A stretch of DNA of 52,108 bases from Prorocentrum cordatum (taxonomy: Eukaryota), in assembly GCA_963575745.1 (NCBI GenBank), contig CAUYUJ010000004.1, positions 620,001-672,108 on the forward strand, in the 5' to 3' direction. Shown here in pieces: positions 1-10,142 of the stretch (position 1 is the first letter of the stretch; each line of letters starts with the position of its first letter). The position numbers and the translations under genes were made by a program. The notes under the pieces are model-generated. The model was not told the origin of the DNA and did not search any database. It saw nothing but the letters and a program-made list of their open reading frames with translations.

Positions 1-2366
1 TTAGAGCTCCACTGGAGCTCTAACATGCCATGTTAGAGCTTCCAGGAGGGAGCTCTAATATAATCTAACGTGCTATGTTAGAGCTCCGTTGGAGCTCTAA
101 CATGCAATGTTAGAGCTCCCTGGGAGGTCTAACATGCAAGGTTAGAGGTGCCAGGGAGTTCCCTGGCATCACATGGTTCAGCTCCCAGGGAGCTATATAT
201 AATAACATGACATGTTAGAGGTCCCACGGAGTTCTAACATACGATGTTAGAACTCCCAAGGAGCTCCAACATATCTAACTTGCTATGTTAACAGCATGTT
301 AGAGTTGCCTCCCATACTCGATGGGACCTCTAACATAGCATGTTAGAGCTCCCATCGAGCCGTCCCGCCCCGTCGTCGTCGTCGTCGTCGTCGTCGTCCC
401 ATTGGGCACGTCCGCATGCCGTCCCCCCGCCATCGTCGTCGTCGTCGTCGTGATGATGATGGTGGTGATGATGGTGATGATGGTGATGGATGATGGCTGT
501 ATATCTACGATCGGATATCGCCATTCGAAATTATCATTATCATCGTCATAAACATCGTCATCATGAAAAACATGACATCGCCATAATCACAATCAAAAAA
601 CCAGCAAAAAACAGGAAAGACCATAATCACATCAAAAACACATCAAAAACATCAACCTAAACCAGCCCGTATCCCAGCCAGTCGAGGGGCCGCTTCCGAC
701 GAGGAGGCCGGGAGCTCTAACATGCCATGTTAGAGCTCCCACCGAGCTCTAACATACCATGTTAGAGCTCCCAGTGAGCTCTAACATACTCTAACATGCT
801 ATGTTGGAGCTCCGTCGGAGCTCGAACAAGCCATGTTAGAGCATCCCAGGAGCTCTAACATAGCATGTTGGAGCATTTTAGAGCTCCCACGGAGCTCTAA
901 CATACCATGTGAGAGCTCCCAGGGAGCTCTAACATACTCTAACATGCTATGTTAGAGCTCCGTTGGAGCTCGGTATGTTAGAGCTCCCAGGGAGCTCTAA
1001 TATGGGAGCTCTAGCGTAGCATGTTAGAGCTCCCTGGGAGCTCTAACATGCTATGTTAGAGCTCCCTGGTCGCTCTAACCTACCCGCCGCCACCCGCCGC
1101 CGCCGTGTTCGAGCTCCCACGGAGCTCTAACATACCATGTTGGAGCTCCCAGGGAGCTCTAGCATACTCTTAACTTGCTACGTTAGAGCTCCACTGGAGC
1201 TCTAACATACGATGTTAGAGCTCCCAGGGAGCTCAAACATGCCATGTTAGAGCTCCCACGGAGCTCTAACATACCACGTTAGAGCTCCCAGGGAGCTCTA
1301 ACATACTCTAACATGCTACGTTAGAGCTCCGTTGGAGCTCGGTATGTTAGAGCTCCCAGGGAGCTCTAATATGGGAGCTCTAACCTGCCCGCCGCCACTG
1401 CCGCCGCCGTGTTAGAGCTCCCACGGAGCTCTAACATGCGATGCTAGAGCTTCCAGGGGGCTCTAGCATAATCTAACATGCTATGTTAGAGCTCCATTGG
1501 AGCTCTAATGGAGCTCTAACATACGATGTTAGAGCTCCCAGGGAGCTCTAACATACTCTAACATGCTATGTTAGAGCTCCGTTGGCGCTCTAACATGCCA
1601 TGTTAGAGCTCCCTGGGGGTGCCAACATAACATGTTAGAACTTCCTGGAGCTCTACCATGCCATGTTAGAGCTCCCTGTGAGGTCTAATATGCTAGGTTA
1701 GAGGTGCCAGGGAGTTCCCTGGGAGCTCTTACATGACATGTTTCAGCTCCCAGGGAGCTATAACATGACATGTTAGAGGTCCCACGGAGTTCTAACATAC
1801 GATGTTAGATATCCCGCGGAGCTCTAACATACGATGTTAGAGCTCTTAAGGAGCTCGCACATACGAGAACATGCTATGTTAGAGCTCCATTGGAGCTCTA
1901 ACATACTCTGACTTGCTATGTTAGAGCCCCTGGGAGCTCTAACATAGCATGTTAGAGCTCCCACGGAGCTCTAACATACGATGTTAGAGCTCCCAGGGAG
2001 CTCTGCCATAATATAACATGCTACGTTCGAGCTCCTTTGGAGCTCTAACATGCGATGTTAGAGCTCTCAGGGAGCTCGACCATGCCATGCTAGAGCTCCC
2101 ACGAAGCTCTAACATATCATGTTAGAGCTCCCAGGGCGCTCTAACATACTCTAACTTGTTCTGTTAGTGCTCCCTGGGAGCTCTAACATAATATAACATG
2201 CTATGTTAGAGCTCCAATGGAGCTCTAACATGCGATGCTAGGGCTTCCAGGGAGCTCTAACATGCCATGATAGAGCTCCCACGGAGCTCGACTACTCACT
2301 GTTAGAGCTCCAGGGGGCCCTAAACATAAGCTACCTTGCTATGTTAGAGCTCCACTGGGAGCTCTA
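1..2366. repeat. Palindromic satellite, ~32-bp unit GAGCTCTAACAT-NNN-ATGTTAGAGCTC-CCA(C/G)G, interrupted at ~360-705 by (GTC)n/(GAT)n and A-rich sequence
   Basis: Dozens of tandem copies, each a 12-bp inverted repeat around a 3-bp loop; variants carry a ~10-bp insert such as ACTCTAACAT. Confidence 0.95.
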
Positions 2367-2394
2367 CGTCTACGTCCGCCGCCGCCGCCGCCCC

Positions 2395-2475
2395 TTAACC
2401 GTTTCACGGATCGATTTGCGCAAGCGGTTAGACCCCCCACCCCCGCCCCTTCCCCCCCCCCCCCCCCCCCCCACA

Positions 2476-2506
<31 letters not shown>

Positions 2507-3100
2507 ACACAGGCACAAAAAAGGTGCCCCCACCCCCTCTCGCAGGGGAGGGTGGCTTACCGTGCCCTATCGATTTCGCAGCGGTGAGGCCTCCCCCCAT
2601 GGCGAGAGGGGGGGGGGGGCTTAACCGTTGCGCAAATCGATCGTGAAACGGTTAAGAGGCCCCACCCCCTCTTCGCCATGTGGTGGGGGGCCTCAACCGT
2701 TGGCAAACGATTGCGACCCGGTTAAGCCCCCCCCCCTCCTGGCGAAGGGGGTGGGGGTCTTAAACCGTCGCCAGATCGATTGTGAAACGGGTTAGGGGCG
2801 GGTCTCGTCCAGGGTGGGGCTTAACCGGTGCGCAATCGATTTGTGGAAACGGTTAAGAAGCCAACCCCTTCCCCCCCCCCCCCCCTCCCCCCTGGCGAGA
2901 GAGGGGGGGGGGGGGAGGCCTTGATCGTTGCGCAATAGATTGTGAACGGTTGGAAGGCCCCCCCCCCTCTCGCCAGGGGGGGGGGGCCTTATCGTTGCGC
3001 AATCGATTGTGACCACGTGTTAGCACCCCCCCCCCCCGGCCCCCCCCTGGGCGCGAGGGCGTCTTAACCGTTTCGCAATCGGCTGTTGGAACTGTTTAAG
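2395..3100. repeat. Array of ~34-bp imperfect palindromes (TTAACCGTTGCGCAATCGATTGTGAAACGGTTAA-like) separated by C-run/G-run linkers
   Basis: About 8-9 diverged copies, e.g. near 2395, 2621, 2693, 2760, 2821, 2920, 2988 and 3064; linkers are Cn-x-Gn. Confidence 0.85.
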
Positions 3101-3129
3101 GGCGGCGGCGGCGGGCGCGGCGGCGGCGG

Positions 3130-3476
3130 GTTAGAGCTCCCAGGGAGCTCTAACATAGCAAGTTCGAGTATGTTAGAGCTCCCTGGGAGCTCTAACATGG
3201 TATGTTAGAGCTCCCTGGGAGCTCTAACATGCTTTGTTCGAGCTCCCTGGGGGCTCTACCGTGGTATGTTAGAGCTCAAATGGAGCTCTAGCATCGCATG
3301 TTACATTATGTTAGAGCTCCCTGGGAGCTCTAACATCGCATGTTAGAGCTCCGTGGGAGCTCTAACATAGCATGTTCGAGTATGTTAGAGCTCCCTGGGG
3401 GCTCTAACATCGTATGTTACAGCTCCGTGGGAGCTCTAACATGGCTTGTTAGAGCTCCCTGGGAGCTATACCATGT
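3130..3476. repeat. GAGCTC palindromic satellite, opposite polarity to 710-2366
   Basis: Same unit, with linkers mostly CCTGG/CGTGG (reverse complements) and GGCGGCGGCGGG preceding it. Confidence 0.9.
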
Positions 3477-3557
3477 GAGGGAAATTGATCAACGAAGGGG
3501 GATCCCTCAAATCGCCCTGCCCCTCGGGAACCCACAAAATAGCCTCCTGGACCCCTC

Positions 3558-4400
3558 TTGGTTCCAATTATCAGATCACCCAGCTTTCCTGTAGCGCAGG
3601 CACCCCGGCTCAAGGCATTTCTTCTTGCAGCGCCTGCAGGCTGCCATGCCAGAAATGGGGGGCCAGCGCAGGGAGGCCTGGCCCATGTCCAGAAACCGTC
3701 ATCATGGACCCTGACTGGACCCATTGATGCACCATGGCTAGAAGTTCGCGAGTACGCTAAGAAGAATAGAGGGAAGTGGTTTTGTTTACCGCGCGAGAAA
3801 TGGGCAGCCCCGACGCACCAGATTTCGGCGGACCACATCAAGAATGTAAAGAATAAGCATCTCTGGTGGCATAATGCTTGTCCACAGGGTCCTGGTGAGG
3901 AGAAGGCCGCATGGTGCTCTAAGATCATGAACGCTGTGGTGCTCCACTCGAGCTGCGCCCCGAAGCGGGAAAACGATGAAGCGGATGATTGGAGGTCGCC
4001 GAGGAAGCCCAAGTGGCAATGGCAAAGTGAAGGCCATCAGCAAGAAGCTGGAGCAGCTGCAGGAGAGAACACTTGGAAAAGCTGGAACAGCTCAAGAGCT
4101 GCGTTATCAGGAGCTGCAACAGCAGGAGATGCAACAGCGGGAGCACAGCAGTGGCAGCAGAAGCTTACGCAGCAGCAGCAGCAGGACGGGCTAACCACCG
4201 TTATCACCTCGATGCTCAATTTCTTGACCAACGCTTTTCCAAACCTTATGGCACATAACAACATGGCCGAGAAGATGGATCAGATTCTGGACCTCCTGCG
4301 GGCACAGGGACAGGCGCCCCAGGACCTGCAGGAGAAAGTCGAGGAGCTCGATCAGAAAGTGGAGGAACTCAAGCAGCAGGACAAGAAGGGGGGCCAGTGA
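3558..4400 (+). CDS. Hypothetical protein with degenerate U1/matrin-like C2H2 zinc finger and C-terminal coiled coil; true start uncertain, possibly ATG ~3704 with a frameshift
   Basis: WFCLPREKWAAPTHQISADHIKN fits C-x2-(C>R)...H-x5-H. The C-terminus DLQEKVEELDQKVEELKQQ is heptad-like, and the ORF is non-repetitive sequence between satellite blocks. Confidence 0.5.
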   Translation: MVPIIRSPSFPVAQAPRLKAFLLAAPAGCHARNGGPAQGGLAHVQKPSSWTLTGPIDAPWLEVREYAKKNRGKWFCLPREKWAAPTHQISADHIKNVKNKHLWWHNACPQGPGEEKAAWCSKIMNAVVLHSSCAPKRENDEADDWRSPRKPKWQWQSEGHQQEAGAAAGENTWKSWNSSRAALSGAATAGDATAGAQQWQQKLTQQQQQDGLTTVITSMLNFLTNAFPNLMAHNNMAEKMDQILDLLRAQGQAPQDLQEKVEELDQKVEELKQQDKKGGQ

Positions 4401-4516
4401 GCTCAGCAGCAGGACAAGTGACCTCGCATGGGCGTCTGGTAGCCGATGTCGAAGGCGCGCAGCCTGGCTCGCGCGCTGGCTCCTTCGCCGCGCTCACGCG
4501 GTGCGCCCGTGCAGCG

Positions 4517-4713
4517 GGCCAACGAGTTCGAAATAATAACAGATGTATGGGTGGGGTTCTGCATCTAGTAGGACTGAAACAATGAGTGTGTTGAAGATTG
4601 GGATCTCCTCTTTGACGCCCTGAGGGGCCAGGAATTTCTGGCAATCTCTAGTGAGGCCTTGTGGGGAGATAGAATTTCTGGGATCTCCTCTTGAGGCCCT
4701 TAGGGTGGTTAGA
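4517..4713 (+). repeat. ~190-bp dispersed direct repeat, copy 1 (copy 2 at 9598-9790)
   Basis: Shared ATAACAGAT...AATGAGTG(T/C)GTTGAAGATTGGGAT...GACGCCCTGAGGGG..AGGAATTTCTGGCAATCTCT...GGGATCTCCTCTTGAGGCCCTTAGGGT(G/A)GTTAGA. Confidence 0.9.
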
Positions 4714-5269
4714 TGATGTTAGAGCTCCAGGGAGCTGTAACATGACATGTTAGAGCGCCAACGGAGCTCTGTCATAGCATGTTGTTAGATTATGTTAGAG
4801 TTCTCTGGGGGATCTAACATGTGAAAGTCGGCGGTGCGTGGAGGGCGGCGAAGCCTTCCTCCACCTCCTCCTTCTCCTCCTCCCCCCCTCCTCCTCCCCA
4901 CCTTCTAGTTCTAATTCAGAAGTCCCTGAATTCCCTCCGCCCCTGATCCCCGACCGCGCCCCAGGGAGCAAGGCCGCCCCGCGAGGGCGGGGAGGGCCGC
5001 GCCCTATTCATGTTTCGCCGTGGTCGAAGACAGGGCCCCGCCCCCATGTTTCACCGTGGTCGAAGACAGGGCCCCACCCCTGCGCCCCCGCCTTCCAAGG
5101 GGGAAGCCTTCGTTCTCGAGGTCGAGGACAGGGCAACGGTGCGCGCGAGAGGGCGGCCGTGTTCGGACATGTTACCTTACTTATGTGCGTTTAAAAAGAG
5201 GGGGGTGGGGGCCCGATGGGACGACGACGACGATGACGACGACGACGACGGCGGGGGGGGGCGGCTCGA

Positions 5270-8066
5270 TGGGAGCTCTAACATGCTATGCTAGAGCCCC
5301 CATCGGGCTCTACCATAGCATGTTAGAGTTCACAACCCTCACATCGAAATCTAACATAACACGTTAGAGCTCTCAGGGAGCTCTCACATACCATGTTAGA
5401 GCTCCCAGGGAGCTCTAACATGCCACGATAGAGCTCCAAGGGATCTCTAACAACATCCAATGTTAGAGCTCGAGGCTAACATGCCATGTTAGAACTCCCT
5501 GGGAGCTCCAACATGCCACGTTAGAGCTCCCACGGAGCTCTAACATACCATGTTAGAGCTCCCAGGGAGCTCTAACATACTCGAGCATAGAGCTCCGTTG
5601 GAGCTCTAACAAGCCATGATAGAGCTCCCACGGAGCTCTAACATACCATGTTAGAGTTCCCAGGGAGCTCCCACTGAGCTCTAACATGCTATGTTAAAGC
5701 TCCGCTGGAGCTCGGTATTTTTGAGCACACAGGGGGCTCTACCATGGGAGCTTTAAGATAGCATGCGAGATCTCCCTCGGAGCTCTAACATACTCGGACA
5801 TGCGATGTTAGGGCTCCGTTGGAGCTCTACGGACTAACAGCCATGTTAGAGCTCCCAGGGAGCTCTAACATACTGGAACATGCTATGCTAGAGCTCCGTT
5901 GGAGCTCTAACATTCCATGTTAGAGCTCCCACGGAGCTCTAACATACCATGCTAGAGCTCCCTGGGAGCTCTAACATACTCGAACATGCTATGTTCGAGC
6001 TCCGTTGGAGCTCTAACATACCATGTTAGAGCCCCCATGGGGCTCCCACTGAGCTCTAACATGCTATGTTAAAGCCCCGCTGGAGCTCGGTATTTTAGAG
6101 CCCGCAGGGAGCTCTAACATGGGAGCTCTAATAGAGCATGTTAGAGCTCCCAGGGAGCTCTAACATACTCGGACATGCTATGGTAGAGCTCCGTTGGAGC
6201 TCGAACAAGCCATGTTAGAGCTCCCACGGAGCTCTAACATACCATGTTAGAGCTCCCAGGGAGCTCTAACATACTGGAACATGCTATGTTAGAGCTCCAT
6301 TGGAGATTTAACATGCCACGATAGAGCTCCCAGGGAGCTCTAACATACTCGAACATGCTATGTTAGAGCTCCGTTGGAGCTCGAACGAGCCATATTAGAG
6401 CTCCCACGGAGCTCCAACATACCATGGTAGAGCTCCCAGGGGGCTCTAACATACTGGAACATGCTACGTTAGAGCTCCCACGGAGCTCTAACATACCATG
6501 TTAGGGCTCCCAGGGAGCTCCCACTGAGCTCTAACATTCTATGTTAACGCTCCGTTGGAGCTCGGTATTTTTTGAGCTCGCAGGGAGCTCTAACATGGGG
6601 GCTCTAATATAGCATGTTAGAGCTCCCTCGGGGCTCTAACATACTCGAACATGCTATGTTAGAGCTCCGTTGGAGCTCTAACAAGCCATGTTAGAGTTCC
6701 CACGGAGCTCTAAAATACCATGTTAGAGCTCCCAGGGGGCTCTAACATACTTGAACATGCTATGTTAGAGCTGCGTTGGGTTATAACATGCATGTAGAGC
6801 TCCCGCCGGAGAGCTCTAGCATTTTACATGTTAGCGCTCCCAGGGGAGCTCTTAACAACTCGAACATGCCATGTTAGAGCTAGTTGGAGCTCTAACATAC
6901 CATGTTAGATCTCCCAGGGAGCTCCCAATGAGCTCTAACATGCTATGTTAAAGCTCCGTTGGAGCTCAGTATTTTAGAACCCCCAGGGAGCTCTAACATG
7001 GGAGCTCTAATATAGCATCTTAGAGCTTCCAGTGAGCTCTAACATACTCGAACATGCTATGTTAGAGCTCCGTTGGAGCTCTTAACAAGCCATGTTAGAG
7101 CTCCCACGGAGCTCTAACATACCATGTGAGAACTCCCAGGGAGCTCTAACATACTGGAGCATGCTATGTTAGAACCCCGCTGGAGCTCTAACATGCCGTG
7201 TTAGAGCTCCCGCGGAGCTCTACCATACCATGTTAGAGCCCCCAGGGTGCTCTAACAGACTTGAACATGCTATGTTAGAGCTCCGTTGGAGCTCTAACAA
7301 GCCATATTAGAGCTCACATGGAGCTCTAACATACCATGTTAGAGCTCCCAGGGGGCCCTAACAGACTGGAGCATGCTATGTTAGAGCTCCGTTGGGGCTC
7401 TAACATACCACGTTAGAGCTCCCACGGAGCTCTAGCATACCATGTTGGAGCTCCCAGGGAGCTCCCCCGGAGCTCTAACATGATATGTGAATGTTCCGTT
7501 GGAACTCGGTATGTTAGAGCTCCCAGGGAGCTCTAACATGGGAGCTCTAACGTAGCACGTTAGAGCTCCCAGGGAGCTCTAACATACTCGAAAATGCTAT
7601 GTTAGAGCTCCGTTGGAGCTCTAACGCGCCATGTTAGAGCTCCCACGGAGCTCGAACATACCATGTCAGAGTTCCCAGGGAGCTCTAACATACTGGAACA
7701 TGCTATGTTAGAGCTCCGTTGGAGCTCTAACATACCATGTAAGCTCCCTGGGAGCTCTAACATACCACGTTCGAGCTCCCAGGGGTTTCCCACTGAGCTC
7801 TAACGTGCTATGTTAAAGCTCCGTTGGAGCTCTGTATTTTAGAGCTCCCAGGGAGCTCTAACATGGGAGCTTTAATATAGTATGTTAGAGCTCCCTGGGA
7901 GCTCCAACATGCTATGTTAGAGCTCTCCGGTAGCTCTAACCTACCCGCCGCCGCCGCCGCCGCCTCAGAGCTCCCACGGAGCTCGAACATACGATGTTAG
8001 AGGTCCCAGGGAGCTCTAACATAATCTAACATACGATGTTAGAGCTCGATTGGAGCTCTAACATAC
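5270..8066. repeat. Main block of GAGCTC palindromic satellite with higher-order variants
   Basis: Continuous tandem units. A marker variant (CCCACTGAGCTC...AAAGCTCCG.TGGAGCTCGGTATTTT) recurs every ~330-540 bp. Confidence 0.95.
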
Positions 8067-8377
8067 GATCGGATTCTCGGGCCCTGGCTGTCGACTCCCG
8101 CCGGGGGGGCCGAGTGGTCGAGGGGCCTCCCGACGGAGGGCCCTCGCAGATGAGTCATCGTGCGGCGCCCCCCGACGGTCCGACGGTCTCCCCCGTGGCC
8201 GGTGGCCCATGGCCCGTGACCCGTCGTCGGCGTCACCGTCCGTCGGCGTCGCTGCCTCAGCCTCAGCCGTTTGCAGTGCGAAGGTCCAGTGTTTCGGCTG
8301 TACTCCTCCTCAGCCTGAGCAGGCGACCCCCCCCCGCCTCGGACTCAGGCGTCGACGCGGCGTCGACGCTCGCCGCG

Positions 8378-9071
8378 ATGGCCGCGATGGCAGCATCTGG
8401 GCCGTCGACGACGATTCACATCCAGCTCCAGCTTCGCGTGATCATCAATGGAGATGATGGAGTCGTGGTGGGCGGTGTGACCATCAACAATGGAGATGGA
8501 GTCGTGGTGGGCGGCGGCGGCGACGACCAGCGCGCCCCGGGGGCCGCCGCCGTGTTCCAGCATGCGTTTCATGTGCCAGCTGCTGGTGGTGGTGGCGCTG
8601 CGGCCGCAGGCCCTGTGGGCGCCGCTGCAGCTCCGGGTGGCGCAGGGGCCGCGCTCCCACTCCCACCCCCAGCACTTCCTGTCGCTGCCGCTGGGCAGCC
8701 TCCTCCTGTCGCTGTGCAGCCTGGGCAGCCTGGGCTGCCTCCACCGGCACCAGCGGGGCAAGCCTTGGAGGTGCCCGAGGGGTCTGAGGCCAACGAATTC
8801 GGCTGGCCAGCCACTGCGCCGTGGATCGCACCGCACTTCCGCCGGATCTTGCCCCTCGCGGCTGGCGCGCTCGGGCAGCAGCCGCGTGATGGCCCGCTAT
8901 CGCAGCGTTGACATCTGCACCGTATGCGGCGGCTTCTCTGAGCGTGTATGTTCCAGGAAGCTCTGCGCGCCCTGTTCAGGGATCCGCAGTGATCACTATG
9001 GCAGGCGCAACCTTCTTCACATGCGCGTCGGCCACCACCCCAAAACTAACCGCGATTTTGCGGGCTGCTAG
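8378..9071 (+). CDS. Possible low-complexity Ala/Gly/Pro-rich protein, with a Cys-rich C-terminal segment in a shifted frame
   Basis: ORF 8036-8911 has ATGs at 8378/8387. The overlapping frame ending at 9071 reads ICTVCGGFSERVCSRKLCAPC (Zn-ribbon-like). GC-rich ORFs can arise by chance. Confidence 0.3.
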
Positions 9072-9597
9072 CGTGGTGAGGGCCCGCCACGCGCCGCGCG
9101 TTGGAGTAAATGGGGGGAGGATGGGGTGGGGGGAGATGGGGGCGAGGCGATATGATCAGAGATTCTGACGACCGTGATGACGACCGTGACGACGACGCGA
9201 CGACGACCCGACCCGACTCGCCCTTAACCTTTAGGCCTCATTTGCATTCTGTGCCCTGCAGGACGTCGCCCCCGCGGCTGCTTCCCACGGTCCGTCGGCC
9301 CCATGCCACGCGCGCGCTCCATGCGAGGCCGCGCGGGCTGCAGCATGCGTGCCGTCTCATCCCCCGCCCCGCAGCGCGCCCCCCCCCCCACTGGCACGAC
9401 TGGACGTTTGCGCAAGTGGCGGGCTTATGCCGATCGGATCAACGCTCCAGGGCCCCCCAGGGCTTCCCCCCCCCCCAGCGCCCCCGACTACATGAATTAT
9501 CCGACGCTGTCCGCCGCGAGGGCGGGGCGGGAGGGGGGGCGCGCTGTAGTTGTTCTCTGTTCTATCGGCTAGCGCAGTCAGTCGAAACCTTCGGCCT

Positions 9598-9790
9598 GGC
9601 AACGAATGTCGAAAGCATAACAGATTTATGGGGTTCTGGATCTACTAGGATTCAAAAAATGAGTGCGTTGAAGATTGGGATATCCTCTTGACGCCCTGAG
9701 GGGCGAGGAATTTCTGGCAATCTCTCTTGAGGCCCTTAGGGTAGTTAGAATTGCTGGGATCTCCTCTTGAGGCCCTTAGGGTAGTTAGAA
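9598..9790 (+). repeat. ~190-bp dispersed direct repeat, copy 2, with internal ~40-bp tandem subrepeat
   Basis: Matches 4517-4713; TCTTGAGGCCCTTAGGGTAGTTAGAATT occurs twice in tandem. Confidence 0.9.
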
Positions 9791-10142
9791 TTTCTTGGTG
9801 CCGCTGGGGTGTTGCAAAATCTCTGGGCCCACCCATCAAGAGCTGGTAGGCCATCTGGGGAGAACTCGACAGGCTCTTGGCGCCCTCGCTCGCTGAAAAT
9901 GCATTAATCTTCGCATTGCTTCGAGGGATGGGCGACTTCCGACATCCATGAGTTCGTCTAGAATTGGTTGCGGCTATTTTCGCTGTGCTTCCTATCCGCC
10001 CTCTGGACGTTCCATGGGCTACAACGGCCCCTGTTCTTCCATCATTGCCCAATTCCATTCCCGCCACGGCTCCAGCCCGACCTGCAACAGGCGCGAGAGG
10101 TGGAACGGCCAGCCCGCAGCTGAACCAGCCCGCCTGAGTGCG

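Noticed and set aside
3591..3614. Relict spliced leader upstream of the zinc-finger ORF
   Set aside because: Only GGCTCAAG (8 bp) plus a loose GTAGC match, which is not distinguishable from chance.
5270..8066. GAGCTC array as a CRISPR
   Set aside because: Units are contiguous with no unique spacers and no cas genes.
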